The position numbers were made by a program, and so were the translations under genes. Of a DNA stretch of 64,000 nt, positions 18,277-28,456 are shown in pieces. The number at the start of each line of letters is the position of its first letter. Within the stretch, counting starts at the first letter, position 1. The stretch is from Alphaproteobacteria bacterium. GTDB lineage: Bacteria; Pseudomonadota; Alphaproteobacteria; CALKHQ01. The notes under the pieces were generated by a model. The model did not search any database. It had not been told where the DNA came from and saw only the letters and a program-made list of their open reading frames with translations. Where the stretch lies: assembly GCA_965227515.1 (NCBI GenBank), contig CBDDFZ010000001.1, positions 3,232,001 to 3,296,000 on the forward strand, in the 5' to 3' direction.

Positions 18277-18966
18277 ATGCAGAATCCGCCCCTAAGGTTC
18301 GTATGCATATCCGGCGACCGCGAGGAAGAGCGCACGGTCGCCATACACACGCTGATCATCGCCGGATGGACCGGGCGCGACCAGGCCAAGGTCGATGCCC
18401 ACATCGCCGAGTTGGCGGCACTGGGGGTGGCGCCGCCGGCAACCACGCCGTGCTACTACCGGGTCGCCGCGAACCAGCTCACCACCGCCGATGAGATCCA
18501 GACCGCCGGGCGTGCCGCCACCGGAGAGGCCGAGGCCGTGGTGATCGCCATGGACGATGGCATGTGGGTGGGTGTCGGCTCCGACCACACCGACCGCGAA
18601 CTTGAGGCGACCGGGGTCACGCTCTCGAAGCAGCTTTGTGCGAAGCCGGTCAGCCCGCAATTGTGGAAGCTGGACGATATCGCGGACCACTGGGACCGGA
18701 TTGCGCTCACCGCCGATGCCACGATTGGCGGTGCGGTGCGCCGCTATCAGGACGGCACGCTGGCGGCCATGCGCACGCCGGACGACCTGATCGCGCGCTA
18801 CGGCCAGGGCCCGCTGGCGCCGGGGACCGCGATGTTCTGCGGCACGCTGGCGGTGCAGGGCGAGATCACATTCGCCGACCGCTTCGCCGTCGCGCTGGAG
18901 GACCCGGTGCTCGGCCGGCGACTGGAACATGCCTACGATATCGAGGCCCTGCCGATTGCGGGGTGA
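18277..18966 (+). CDS. DUF2848 domain protein (FAH-like fold)
   Basis: IIAGWTGRD....HI.EL..LGV.PP...P..Y, GEAE, VGVGSDHTDRELE, SKQLCAKPV, CGTL. Confidence 0.88.
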   Translation: MQNPPLRFVCISGDREEERTVAIHTLIIAGWTGRDQAKVDAHIAELAALGVAPPATTPCYYRVAANQLTTADEIQTAGRAATGEAEAVVIAMDDGMWVGVGSDHTDRELEATGVTLSKQLCAKPVSPQLWKLDDIADHWDRIALTADATIGGAVRRYQDGTLAAMRTPDDLIARYGQGPLAPGTAMFCGTLAVQGEITFADRFAVALEDPVLGRRLEHAYDIEALPIAG

Positions 18967-18999
18967 CGGCCGCGCGTCGCACCAGGGTGCCGCGGGCGA

Positions 19000-19827
19000 T
19001 TACCACACCCTTGGCAGTACCGTGGTGACACCCATATGGCGGCGGTCTTCGCCCTCGAAGCCGAAGCTCGCCACGTCCACCAGCACCAGCATGACCAACT
19101 CTTCGTAGCAGCAGGCCGCCTGCTCCGGCAGGCCCGGCGCGTACACGATCACGCTGTGGATGCGATAGCCGGTGGCGCACCCTCGGCTTTCGGGCAGCGT
19201 GGTGTCCTCCTGCAGGATCATGAGGCGGTCGTAGCCGTGGAAGTAGAGTTCCAGCGACATCATCGCCACCTGCCCCAGGTCTTGCGCGTCGCAGGCATGG
19301 CCTGTGATCGGGCGCTCGGTCACGGTCAGGGTCTGGCGGTCGCCGCCATAGGGTGAGAATGCTGCGTCGATGGCGAAGTCGACCACATGGTCAGGTGCCG
19401 TGAGGTCGCTCAACGGATGGTGGATCAGCGTCGTCCCGGTTTCGCCGGCGACGATGCCGTGGCGGTCTAGCAGCGGCTGCGCCGCGGCCATCGCGCGGTC
19501 GCGGGCCATGCCGACCTCATCCTCGACGGCGCTCCAGTCCTCGGCGTCATCGAAGTCCAGCTCGACCCGGATCGGAGAACCCGGCACCCAAGCGTTGGCC
19601 GCCACGTCGATCACATGGACGATCGAATAGGGCAGCCCCTCGTTGAAGGTGCCGTAGTCCTCGAACGCCACGTACCGGCCATCGAGGGAGAAGCCGATCA
19701 GGACCGGCCGGGCGATATCGCCGGCACCTGCCGCACCCGGCCACATGCCCAACGCGACAGCCGCAGCCACCAGCATCGCGGCCAGCCGGACGGCCGGCGT
19801 GCAAGAAGTTCTGTGGCGTTGCCGCAT
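19000..19827 (-). CDS. DUF2259 family secreted protein, paralog 2
   Basis: Signal peptide then AGD.A....IGFS.DGRY.AFE.YG, LQED..LPESRGC..GYRI, SFGFEG.DRR. Confidence 0.8.
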   Translation of the reverse strand: MRQRHRTSCTPAVRLAAMLVAAAVALGMWPGAAGAGDIARPVLIGFSLDGRYVAFEDYGTFNEGLPYSIVHVIDVAANAWVPGSPIRVELDFDDAEDWSAVEDEVGMARDRAMAAAQPLLDRHGIVAGETGTTLIHHPLSDLTAPDHVVDFAIDAAFSPYGGDRQTLTVTERPITGHACDAQDLGQVAMMSLELYFHGYDRLMILQEDTTLPESRGCATGYRIHSVIVYAPGLPEQAACCYEELVMLVLVDVASFGFEGEDRRHMGVTTVLPRVW

Positions 19828-19855
19828 CGGGTCGCTCCTGATCTGTCCGGAACAG

Positions 19856-20680
19856 CTAGAGCAGATCGTGCAGCATGGTCGTGACGCCCATGTGGCGGTA
19901 GTCGGGTCCTTCGAAGCCGAAGCTCGACATCGACAGCAGAACCAGCATGGCCAGGTCGTCATGGCAGCACACGCTCTGGTCGGGCGTGTTGGGTGCGTAC
20001 ACGTAGACGCTGTGGATCCTGTAGCCGGTGACGCAGCCGCGACTGTCCGGCAGCCGGGAGTCCTGCTGCATGGTGATGGTCCGGCCCTGGTTGGGCATGC
20101 TGAGCTGCAGCGACATCATCGAGACCGGGCCCAGGTCGTAGCGGTCGCACGCGTGACCGGTCACCACCTGCTCGCTCAGAATCAGGCTCTGGCTGTTCCC
20201 GCCATAGGGCGAGTAGCCGCCCATGATGGAGAAATTGGCCAGGTGGTCGGCCGCGTCGAGGTCGCTCAGCGGGCGATAGACCAGCAGGGTGCCGGTCTCC
20301 CCCGCGACGATGCCGTACTGGTTCAGGGCCGCCTGGGCCTGGCCCATCGCCTGGTCGCGGGCGCGGGTCACGCCGTCGACGATCAATTCGGGGTTCGGCA
20401 GCGACTCGATGTCGAGCTCGACCCGGATCGGCGTACCCGAAACCCAGTCATTGGCGGCGACATCGATGACGTAGATGGTGGAATAGGTGAAGCCGGAGGC
20501 ATCCTGCATGCCATAGTCTTCGTAGGCGACATAGCGGCCGTCGCGCGAGAAGCCGATCACCTCCGGCCGCGCAAGATCGCCGGCCTCGGCCGCGCCCGTC
20601 GCCAGCCCGGCCGCCAGCCCGGCCGCCATCGCGATTGCAGCACCGGTCCGAATCAATGCTGCGGCTAGGGTCCGTTTCAT
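19856..20680 (-). CDS. DUF2259 family secreted protein, paralog 1
   Basis: AEAGDLA...VIGFSRDGRYVAYEDYG.QD.SGF.Y, LPDSRGC..GYRI, SFGFEGPD. Colinear with the 19000-19827 gene. Confidence 0.82.
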   Translation of the reverse strand: MKRTLAAALIRTGAAIAMAAGLAAGLATGAAEAGDLARPEVIGFSRDGRYVAYEDYGMQDASGFTYSTIYVIDVAANDWVSGTPIRVELDIESLPNPELIVDGVTRARDQAMGQAQAALNQYGIVAGETGTLLVYRPLSDLDAADHLANFSIMGGYSPYGGNSQSLILSEQVVTGHACDRYDLGPVSMMSLQLSMPNQGRTITMQQDSRLPDSRGCVTGYRIHSVYVYAPNTPDQSVCCHDDLAMLVLLSMSSFGFEGPDYRHMGVTTMLHDLL

Positions 20681-20971
20681 TCCCGTGATCCTCCGACGAC
20701 CTGTAAGTGACGACGCCATTGCCAAGACGCCGCGCCCATTGGAACGCAAATGTGAACGCGCCGACCACTATTGAGACGCCGCCGGGCGACTTCATGCAAC
20801 CAAAGGACTTGGCGACATTGCATGCGCGGGCGTACTCTTGTTGTGCCGCCCCTGAGCACGACAAAGCAAACAGAATTACAACGTCGTTCTCGCGAATGGA
20901 CGGGGCTGGCTGGAACCGGCGGGTGCATTCACGCAGCCCGGCCGAACACCAAAAAGTTGCGGGAGGAACAC

Positions 20972-21424
20972 GTGGTTTCACTAACAGTCAATGGCGAGGA
21001 TCGCACTTTCGAGGGCGATCCCGATACCCCGGTCTTGTGGTACGTGCGCGACGAGTTGGGGCTCGCGGGCACCAAGTACGGCTGTGGCCAGGGCCTGTGC
21101 GGTGCGTGCACCGTGCATGTCGACGGCGTCGCGGTGCGCGGTTGCCAGACACCGATCTCGTCGGTCGAGGGCAAGTCGATCACCACGATCGAGGGCCTGT
21201 CGGAGGACGGCAACCATCCGGTCCAGGTGGCGTGGCGCGAGCTCAACGTGCCGCAATGCGGCTTCTGCCAAACCGGCCAGATCATGCAAGCCGCATCCCT
21301 GATCGCGCAGAACCCGAACCCGTCCGACGACGACATCCTAGGCGGCATGCAGGGCAATATCTGTCGTTGCGGCTGCTACCAGCGGATCGTCGCCGCGGTG
21401 CGCCAGGCCGCGACGGGAGCATAG
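20972..21424 (+). CDS. (2Fe-2S)-binding small subunit, IorA/CoxS-like
   Basis: [16 protein letters not shown]...[24 protein letters not shown] start after RBS ggagg. Confidence 0.95.
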   Translation: MVSLTVNGEDRTFEGDPDTPVLWYVRDELGLAGTKYGCGQGLCGACTVHVDGVAVRGCQTPISSVEGKSITTIEGLSEDGNHPVQVAWRELNVPQCGFCQTGQIMQAASLIAQNPNPSDDDILGGMQGNICRCGCYQRIVAAVRQAATGA

Positions 21425-21428
21425 AGCC

Positions 21429-23759
21429 ATGTTGCAATATCTGAACGACAACAGCGCCCCTGCATCCGCACCGGAGACAGGGACCGCGATCATCCAGAAC
21501 GTCAGCCGGCGCAATTTCCTGGCCGGTGCCACCGGCCTTGTGGTCGCGATGCAGTTCGTGCCGACGCGCGATGCGCAGGCGTTCGATTCCTATCCCCATG
21601 GCGGCCAGGGCATGCCCCACGGCGTGGTCAACGACCCGCATGTGTTTGTGTCCATCGACCCCGACGGCACGGTCACCATCGTGGCGCACCGTTCCGAGAT
21701 GGGCACCGGTTCGCGCACCAGCATTCCGATGATCATCGCCGACGAGATGGAAGCCGACTGGGACCGCGTGACGATCGTCCAGGCGCCCGGTGACGAGCCG
21801 AAATACGGCAACCAGGACACCGATGGCTCGCGCAGCCTGCGCCACCACATCCAGCCGGCCCGCGAAATCGGCGCTGCGGTCCGCCGCATGCTGGAAGAGG
21901 CGGCCGCCGCCGAGTGGGGCACCGACGTGCGCAACGTCACCGCCATCGGCCACGAGGTGGTGCACAACACGCTGGGAACGCGTCTCGGCTATGGCGACCT
22001 CGCCGAGGCGGCGATGTCGCTGCCGACGCCAGCGCGCGAGCTGCTGCGCTTCAAGGACGAGCGCGAGTTCCGCTATATCGGCCGGGGTGCGGTGCAGATC
22101 ACCGACCTGCACGACATCACCACCGGCAAGGCCGTGTACGGTGCGGACGTCTCGCTGCCCGGCATGCGCTTCGCTGCCGTCGCCCGGCCGCCCGTCGTGG
22201 GGGGCACGGTTGTCAGCGTCGATTCCAGTGCGGCGCTCGCCGTGCCTGGCGTAGAGCAGGTGATCGAGATTCCCGGCAGCATTCCGCCTGCGAAGTTCGC
22301 GCCCCTGGGCGGCGTCGCCGTCATCGCCACCAGCACCTGGGCGGCCATGAAGGGCCGCGATGCGCTGGTGATCGAATGGGATGATGGCCCGCATGCCGGC
22401 TTCACGACGTCCGAGTACCGGCAGGAGCTCAGCGCCTCGGCCAATGCGCCGGGCAATGTGGTCCGCGACCAGGGCGATGTCGATGCGGCCATGGCGGGTG
22501 CGGCACGCGTGTTCAGTGCCGAGTACTACCAGCCGCACATGGTGCATGCGCCGATGGAGCCGTTGGTGGCGCTCGCCAATTACGCCGACGGCAAGTGCGA
22601 GATCTGGGCGCCTGTGCAGAGCCCCTATGTCGCGCGTGTCGATGCGGCGGAGTTCCTGGGCATGGACCCGGCCGACGTGACCATGAACGTCACTCTGCTG
22701 GGCGGCGGTTTCGGCCGCAAGTCGAAGGGCGACTTCGCCACCGAGGCGGCGTTCCTGTCGCGCGAGGCCGGGGTTCCGGTGCGCGTGCAGTGGACGCGCG
22801 AGGACGACATCCGCCACAGCTTCTACCACACCACCTCGGTGGAGCGGATCGACATCGGGCTGGATGCCGACAACACGCCGGTCGCGTGGCTGCACCGCAG
22901 TGCCGCACCGTCGTTCCTGTCGACGTTCGCGCCTGACCAGGGCGTGCAGCATCCGATCGAGCTCGGCATGGGCCTGATCGACATGCCGTTCGACATCCCG
23001 AACATCCGGGCCGAGCAGTGCCAGGCCTTGGCGCATACCCGTGTGGGCTGGTTCCGGGCAGTGTCGAACATCCCGCGCGCGTTCGCGGTGCAGTCGGCAG
23101 CGGCCGAACTGGCAGCGGAACTCGGTGTCGACCAGAAGGACTTCCTGCTGCAGCTGATTGGCGAAGGCCGGGTGCTCGACCCCGCGTCGTCGGGCCTGCC
23201 GGAGGACTTCTGGAACTACGGCGAGCCTTATGGCGAGTTCCCGAACGACACCAGTCGGCTGCGCAACGTGGTCGAATTGGCTGCCGAGGAGGCCGGCTGG
23301 GGCCAGGATCTGCCGGAAGGCGAGGCCATGGGCATTGCTGCGCACCGCAGCTTCGTGTCCTACGTCGCCGCGGTGGTGCGCGCGAAGGTGGCCAACGGCA
23401 CCGTGACCGTGCCGGAGGTTCACGTCGCCATCGACTGCGGCTTCATGGCCAACCCGGAGCGGGTGCGCTCGCAGATGCAGGGTGCGGCGGTGTTTGCCAT
23501 GACGGCGGCGATGCATGGCGGGATCACGTTCGAAAACGGCCGTGTCGTGGAGTCGAACTTCCACGACTACCAAATGGTGCGCTCGTCGAACTTCCCGGAG
23601 GTGGTGCACACCCATGTTGTGCCGCATCCGTTCGCCGTCCACGCCACCGGCGTCGGCGAGCCCGGCGTGCCGCCGTTCATTCCGGCACTGACCAACGCCA
23701 TCTTCAACGCCAGCGGCATTCGCATCCGTGACCTGCCGATCGGCAATCAGTTGGCATAG
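21429..23759 (+). CDS. Molybdopterin-binding large subunit, isoquinoline 1-oxidoreductase beta (IorB)/aldehyde oxidase type, Tat-exported
   Basis: Tat motif SRRNFL, SEMGTG, TDGS.S, HAPMEP, LGGGFGRK, WTREDDI, GWFRAV, AIDCG, GVGEPG.PP. Confidence 0.93.
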   Translation: MLQYLNDNSAPASAPETGTAIIQNVSRRNFLAGATGLVVAMQFVPTRDAQAFDSYPHGGQGMPHGVVNDPHVFVSIDPDGTVTIVAHRSEMGTGSRTSIPMIIADEMEADWDRVTIVQAPGDEPKYGNQDTDGSRSLRHHIQPAREIGAAVRRMLEEAAAAEWGTDVRNVTAIGHEVVHNTLGTRLGYGDLAEAAMSLPTPARELLRFKDEREFRYIGRGAVQITDLHDITTGKAVYGADVSLPGMRFAAVARPPVVGGTVVSVDSSAALAVPGVEQVIEIPGSIPPAKFAPLGGVAVIATSTWAAMKGRDALVIEWDDGPHAGFTTSEYRQELSASANAPGNVVRDQGDVDAAMAGAARVFSAEYYQPHMVHAPMEPLVALANYADGKCEIWAPVQSPYVARVDAAEFLGMDPADVTMNVTLLGGGFGRKSKGDFATEAAFLSREAGVPVRVQWTREDDIRHSFYHTTSVERIDIGLDADNTPVAWLHRSAAPSFLSTFAPDQGVQHPIELGMGLIDMPFDIPNIRAEQCQALAHTRVGWFRAVSNIPRAFAVQSAAAELAAELGVDQKDFLLQLIGEGRVLDPASSGLPEDFWNYGEPYGEFPNDTSRLRNVVELAAEEAGWGQDLPEGEAMGIAAHRSFVSYVAAVVRAKVANGTVTVPEVHVAIDCGFMANPERVRSQMQGAAVFAMTAAMHGGITFENGRVVESNFHDYQMVRSSNFPEVVHTHVVPHPFAVHATGVGEPGVPPFIPALTNAIFNASGIRIRDLPIGNQLA

Positions 23760-23785
23760 CCCGACCTTCAGGTTGGATATCTGCG

Positions 23786-23816
23786 ACCGGCGGGGTCTTG
23801 GCCCCGCCGGTTTTTT
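23786..23816 (+). terminator. Intrinsic terminator after iorAB-like genes
   Basis: accggcgggg-tcttgg-ccccgccggt followed by a T run. Confidence 0.85.
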
Positions 23817-23823
23817 CGCGTCA

Positions 23824-23851
23824 CCGACACATAACGTCCTTTATGTGATAG
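23824..23851. other. dif-like (XerC/XerD 11-6-11) site at the left edge of the metal islet
   Basis: ccgacacataa-cgtcct-ttatgtgatag. The CATAA-N6-TTATG core matches the dif architecture. Confidence 0.4.
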
Positions 23852-23919
23852 AGTTGAGGTGATGGCTCAACTCCCGCACACTATCGGATTATTCTACGGC
23901 TCAGCATGGCAACGGTCTT

Positions 23920-24354
23920 TCATGGCTCTTGGTCATGCCGTGTGTTGGAGTGGTCTGCCAAGGCGTCAACAATGTGACACCGTTTGATGCTGCCTCCGCT
24001 GCAAGCTCGGACCATGCGTTCCAATTCCGCCCTTAGGGCCGTGAGGAGAGCGATGCGTCCGGTCACGTCGTCAAGGTGCGCCTTCGCAATCGCAGTGACT
24101 GCCTCGCATGACTGATCCGGATGATCGGTTAGCTCCAGCAACTCGCGCACGGCCGTTTGCGGAAAACCGAGTTCACGGCAGTGTCGGATAAAAACAAGCC
24201 GCGCCATGTGCGCGGATCCATAGAGTCGCGTATTGCCGGCTGACCGGCAGGGCTCTGGCAACAGGCCGATTCTCTCGTAGTACCGAATTGTAGGAACCTT
24301 GCAGCCAGTCTCACGCGCCAGATGGCCGATTGTGAACGCCGGCGGGGCCATCAA
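23920..24354 (-). CDS. MerR family heavy-metal regulator (CadR/PbrR/HmrR-like)
   Basis: IGHLARETG..VPTIRYYERIGLL, R.AGN.R.Y, FIRHCRELGF, and three Cys (SCEAV, RACSGG...RCHI). Confidence 0.92.
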   Translation of the reverse strand: MMAPPAFTIGHLARETGCKVPTIRYYERIGLLPEPCRSAGNTRLYGSAHMARLVFIRHCRELGFPQTAVRELLELTDHPDQSCEAVTAIAKAHLDDVTGRIALLTALRAELERMVRACSGGSIKRCHIVDALADHSNTRHDQEP

Positions 24355-24361
24355 ATTCTCC

Positions 24362-24392
24362 TTGAATCTATAGGTGCTATAGATCGTAGAGT
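24362..24392 (+). promoter_or_regulatory. MerR-type promoter/operator with 19-bp spacer
   Basis: TTGAAT (24362) - 19 bp - TAGAGT (24387), with dyad atctatag-gtg-ctatagat (24366-24384) in the spacer. Confidence 0.85.
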
Positions 24393-24475
24393 GACGACCC
24401 GTCAGCGTGCAAGGCTCTGCCGGAGCGCAATTGCGATGAACAAGCTGTGTTTGAATATCGAAGTGGAGCGAATCA

Positions 24476-24865
24476 ATGAGCTACACCGTGGATCGTACGA
24501 TTGTGGACCAGGATTTTGAATCGCTAGTGCAGAGGACTCGAACCGCGCTCGCCGATCAGGGGTTCGGCGTGCTTACCGAGATCGATGTAAAGGCGACACT
24601 CAAGAAAAAACTTGGTGTAGATATCGGCGACTATCTGATCCCGGGCGCATGCAATCCACAAATGGCACACAACGCGATGCAAATTGAGCCGAAGGTTGGC
24701 GCAATGTTGCCATGCAACATCATACTGCGAAGTGTCGAAAAGAGCGGCGTCATGGTCAGCGCAATCGATCCCGTCGAGTCCATGGCATCAATTGACAACG
24801 CAGAACTGAAATCTGTTGCCGGTGCGGTCAAGGAAATGCTGGCAACCGTGGTTGCCAATATCTGA
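24476..24865 (+). CDS. DUF302 domain protein
   Basis: GFGVLTEIDV.ATLKKKL, GACNP..A, GAMLPCN, VSAIDP..SM. Confidence 0.92.
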   Translation: MSYTVDRTIVDQDFESLVQRTRTALADQGFGVLTEIDVKATLKKKLGVDIGDYLIPGACNPQMAHNAMQIEPKVGAMLPCNIILRSVEKSGVMVSAIDPVESMASIDNAELKSVAGAVKEMLATVVANI

Positions 24866-24889
24866 CGGTCTGAACCGGAAGCGGTTGCC

Positions 24890-25522
24890 ATGTCTGGTTG
24901 TGGATGCGGGAGTGAGTCGAAGTTCGAGGGTTGCTCGACAGGCTATCGGCGTGTCCTTTGGGCGGTGATCGGGATCAATGCGACGATGTTCCTGGTCGAA
25001 TTGGCTGTTGGCATGGTTGCCGAATCCCAGGCCTTGCAAGCCGACGCGCTCGATTTTCTGGGCGATACGGCGACTTATACCATTTCGCTATTTGTTATCG
25101 GCATGCCCTTGATGTGGCGCGCACGAGCCGCCCTTTTTAAGGGATTGAGCCTCGGCCTGATGGGTCTATGGGTGCTGGGCTCCACGATCTATCACGTCGC
25201 CATCCTGGGTAATCCGCAGCCGGCATTGATGGGCGCAATCGGCTTCGTCGCTCTTGCCGCCAACCTGATCAGTGTTCTGCTTCTGCTCAAATACCGCGAT
25301 GGCGATGCAAATGTTCGGTCGGTCTGGTTGTGCAGTCGTAACGATGCAATCGGCAACTTGGCCGTTATCTTGGCGGCGAGCGGGGTTTGGGCGACGGGTA
25401 CTGCCTGGCCGGACCTCGTCGTGGCAGTTGCCATGGCGAGCTTGTTCCTATGGTCGGCGGTACAGATCATCCGACAGGCTCTCGTCGAACTGCAAAGAGC
25501 AAAGGCGATCCCGGCTGAGTAA
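24890..25522 (+). CDS. Short CDF-family cation efflux transporter
   Basis: N-terminal CGC, YRRVLW.V..IN..MF, SQALQADALDFLGD, GDANVRSVWLCSRNDAIGN, WPDL. Confidence 0.9.
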   Translation: MSGCGCGSESKFEGCSTGYRRVLWAVIGINATMFLVELAVGMVAESQALQADALDFLGDTATYTISLFVIGMPLMWRARAALFKGLSLGLMGLWVLGSTIYHVAILGNPQPALMGAIGFVALAANLISVLLLLKYRDGDANVRSVWLCSRNDAIGNLAVILAASGVWATGTAWPDLVVAVAMASLFLWSAVQIIRQALVELQRAKAIPAE

Positions 25523-25536
25523 ACGGAGCAGATGCC

Positions 25537-26127
25537 ATGCGTAGACATAAGATCTATTGGCTGATCACAGGACCGTGCGTGGGCGTGGTTTTGGCTGTCC
25601 TGTGCAGTGGCATGACGGGTCTCGATCGTGCATTCGCCCAATCGCCACCCCAGAGCGCGCAGCCTGGCCAATGGGATATGTGGGATCCATATTGGATGCA
25701 GCGTGATTTGTGGGATCATGGTCAGATGGGCACCGGCATGCCGCAAAGGATGGTGCGCCACTGGACTTTCATGCATCAAGGAATTCCGGCGGATTACCAG
25801 GGTGCGGGCAATCCCTTTGGGCCGGATGCGGAAACCATTGCAACAGGGCGGGTGCTGTATCAGGCAAACTGTGCGATCTGCCACGGGCCGACAGGCATGG
25901 GTGACGGTGAAGCCGCCAACTCGCTCAGTCCGTCGCCGGCATTGCTTGCCTACATGATCCAAATGCCGATGATGGTTGATGAGTACATGCTCTGGACCAT
26001 TTCTGAAGGTGGTGAAGCGTTCGGCACAGCGATGCCCGCCTTCAAAGGCATTCTGACAAAAGACGAAATCTGGTACATTATTACTTATATGCGAACCGGG
26101 TTTCCTGCCGAAGAGACGCAACAATGA
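25537..26127 (+). CDS. Exported c-type cytochrome with a Met/His/Trp-rich N-terminal segment
   Basis: CAICH heme motif, G.GDG, TAMPAF (axial Met), EIW.II.Y, signal peptide. Confidence 0.88.
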   Translation: MRRHKIYWLITGPCVGVVLAVLCSGMTGLDRAFAQSPPQSAQPGQWDMWDPYWMQRDLWDHGQMGTGMPQRMVRHWTFMHQGIPADYQGAGNPFGPDAETIATGRVLYQANCAICHGPTGMGDGEAANSLSPSPALLAYMIQMPMMVDEYMLWTISEGGEAFGTAMPAFKGILTKDEIWYIITYMRTGFPAEETQQ

Positions 26128-26468
26128 GGGCTATTCCTATGACTAGGTTCCTCCGTTTTCTAGTTTGGTTGGGTGGGGCTTTTTTTGCCTCGGCCCCAGT
26201 TCTCGCGCAACAAGCCCAGGGGTCCTCCTACGGACCGCATATGTGGGACGGCGGCTGGTTTTTTGGCCCGATCATGCTGATCGTGTTCATCGCCGTGGCG
26301 GTGGTCGTGGTCGTGCTCCTGGTCCGCTGGCTTGGTGGACCTGGGCATGGCGGTGCTATTCACGGCCCACCCGGCAAGACACCTCTGGATGTGCTCAAGG
26401 AAAGATTTGCCAGAGGCGAGATCGACAAAGATGAGTTCGAAGAGCGGCGGCGCGTACTTGGTGAATAG
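26124..26468 (+). CDS. SHOCT domain membrane protein
   Basis: TM helix followed by PLDVLKERFARGEIDKDEFEERRRVL. Confidence 0.88.
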   Translation: MRAIPMTRFLRFLVWLGGAFFASAPVLAQQAQGSSYGPHMWDGGWFFGPIMLIVFIAVAVVVVVLLVRWLGGPGHGGAIHGPPGKTPLDVLKERFARGEIDKDEFEERRRVLGE

Positions 26469-26626
26469 AGGGCACGCACATCGCACTGCAAATGACGGTT
26501 TTGAGTCATTTGTCACCGTTGCCAGGCAACCTGATACACGTCTGAAAGGCCACAGAATGCGGGCATATTAAATGTCCCATTTATGGCAAAAATATCTGCC
26601 CGAATCGTCGCGTCGAGTGACGGTGC

Positions 26627-26776
<150 letters not shown>

Positions 26777-26908
26777 TCATAACCACTTTTGTGTAATAAA
26801 TCAGCGTGTTGAGCTGGATAGCTGCCCACTTTCCACAATCCCAATTATGCAACCATCACTGTCGATGCCCGAAGGAATTGATCCCTTAGGCAACACTCAG
26901 TCTCTCCC

Positions 26909-28297
26909 CTACCCCGCCGTGTCGGCGCCGCCCAGATAGGGTTCCGGCAGCCAGGTGCCGTCGGTCGGCACGCCGGCGCGGGCGAACAGGTCGTCGCGCT
27001 GGGCATAGACCCGGCTCCGGACGTGGTCGAGGTCGACACCAACAAGCTGCTTGCCGCGTTTCTTGGTCTCACCGGCGACCCAGATGCTGTCGACATTGCC
27101 TGTGTTGGCGCATTCCACGATGGCGCCGTAGGGGTTGTTCATCGGGAACATGTTGAGCGCGCCGGTGTCGACCAGGATCAGGTCGGCCTGCTTGCCGGGC
27201 GTCAGGCTGCCGATCCTGTCGTCCAGGCCGCATGCCTTCGCGCCCTGCTGGGTCGCGAAGTCCAGAATATCGGTGGTCATCAACGGCACCGGATCGACCA
27301 GCCGTTTCTCGTCCAGCGCCTTGCCGTTGAGCACCACCCTGGTGCCGGCCAACAGCATGCGCATGGCGCCGAACATGTCGCCGGCGATGGAGGTCACGAT
27401 ATCGATGGAGATCGAAGGTCGGATTCCGACCTCCAGCATGCGCATGGTTGCGAGCCAGCCATGGCCCATGGATAGTTCGACCTCGGGCGAGATCGACGTC
27501 GTCGCGCCGCAATCCGCGATCATCGGAAACTCGTCGTCAGCCAGCGTATTGCAGTGGACGAACGTCATGTCGTCGCCAAGCAGGCCGCGATCTCGCATCT
27601 GCTCGATAGGGCGGGTGGTTCCCCACAGGCCGTCGCCGACGTGCATGGTGATGCGCAGTCCCAGATCGCGCGCGTGGTTCAGTTCCTGCTCGGTGATGTC
27701 GAGGCTGGTGAACTGCGGCCCCCTCGCCGCGAACGCCATGGTGGCCAGCCCATCGTCGGACGCGAAGTGGGTGTTCCGGACCCGGGTGATGTCGGCCAGG
27801 TTGGCGGGCTGGTCGCTGGGCGGCACCCATTCGTCGTTGGTGTTGCCGTAGCCGAACACGCCGCGCAGGCCGGCGTCCTTCAGCCCCTTCACCGCCGCGT
27901 CGGCGTGGTCGGGCGTGTTGTTGTTGTGCGACCAGTCGTAGAGCGTGGTGATGCCGCTATCCAGTGCTTCCAGCGCGCCCAGATGGTTGGCGACGTACAT
28001 ATCCTCCGGCGTGTAGAGCCGGCCCATCACGCCCCGCACCCCGGCGAAATACTGGCCGAGCGTCCAGTCGGCGGCGGTCCCGCGCAACAACGCCTGCCAG
28101 GTGTGGCGGTGGGAGTCGACGAAGCCGGGCAGCGCGATCATGCCGTCGGCCGCGACGATTTCGGCATCGTCGGCGGAAATCGATGGCGCGACCTCCATGA
28201 TCTTGTCGTCGCCGATCAGAATGTCGGCGCTGGGGAAGTCGCCCAACGCCTTGTCCATGGTCAGCACCGTGGCGCCGCGAATCAGTGTCTTGCGCAA
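26909..28297 (-). CDS. Metal-dependent amidohydrolase (TRZ/ATZ, deaminase-like)
   Basis: PGFVDSHRHTWQ, GITTLYDWSH, ITMHV, VHC, SIDIV, IGSLTPGKQADLI. Confidence 0.92.
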   Translation of the reverse strand: MRKTLIRGATVLTMDKALGDFPSADILIGDDKIMEVAPSISADDAEIVAADGMIALPGFVDSHRHTWQALLRGTAADWTLGQYFAGVRGVMGRLYTPEDMYVANHLGALEALDSGITTLYDWSHNNNTPDHADAAVKGLKDAGLRGVFGYGNTNDEWVPPSDQPANLADITRVRNTHFASDDGLATMAFAARGPQFTSLDITEQELNHARDLGLRITMHVGDGLWGTTRPIEQMRDRGLLGDDMTFVHCNTLADDEFPMIADCGATTSISPEVELSMGHGWLATMRMLEVGIRPSISIDIVTSIAGDMFGAMRMLLAGTRVVLNGKALDEKRLVDPVPLMTTDILDFATQQGAKACGLDDRIGSLTPGKQADLILVDTGALNMFPMNNPYGAIVECANTGNVDSIWVAGETKKRGKQLVGVDLDHVRSRVYAQRDDLFARAGVPTDGTWLPEPYLGGADTAG

Positions 28298-28456
28298 TGC
28301 CTGTTCCTCCCGAGTGCCGCCTGTTGAGGGGCGGCTTTGGGTCTAGCTTAGCCGGCATTGCGGCGGCTCGCCACGGGCGGGGCCGCTTCAGTCGGTCCAT
28401 GCGTGCTGTATAGTGTCTACACCAAGATCAAAAATGTGACATCGGAGGGAACGCGC

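Noticed and set aside
15395-18295. 966-aa plus-strand ORF
   Set aside because: Antisense shadow of the cupin, HpaB-like and MarR genes. Composition is Arg/Gly/His-rich with no motifs, as expected in high-GC DNA.
21282-23642. 786-aa antisense ORF (likewise 30145-32253, 42774-44606, 56257-58146, 58422-60074)
   Set aside because: Mirror frames of genuine genes caused by GC3 bias.
26565-26591. taaatg-tcc-cattta palindrome followed by ttatggcaaaa as another dif-like site
   Set aside because: The left arm does not end in ATAA at the correct 6-bp spacing.
28407-28421. tgtatagtgtctaca imperfect dyad as a GntR-type operator
   Set aside because: Single imperfect copy and no cognate regulator in the window; too weak to call.
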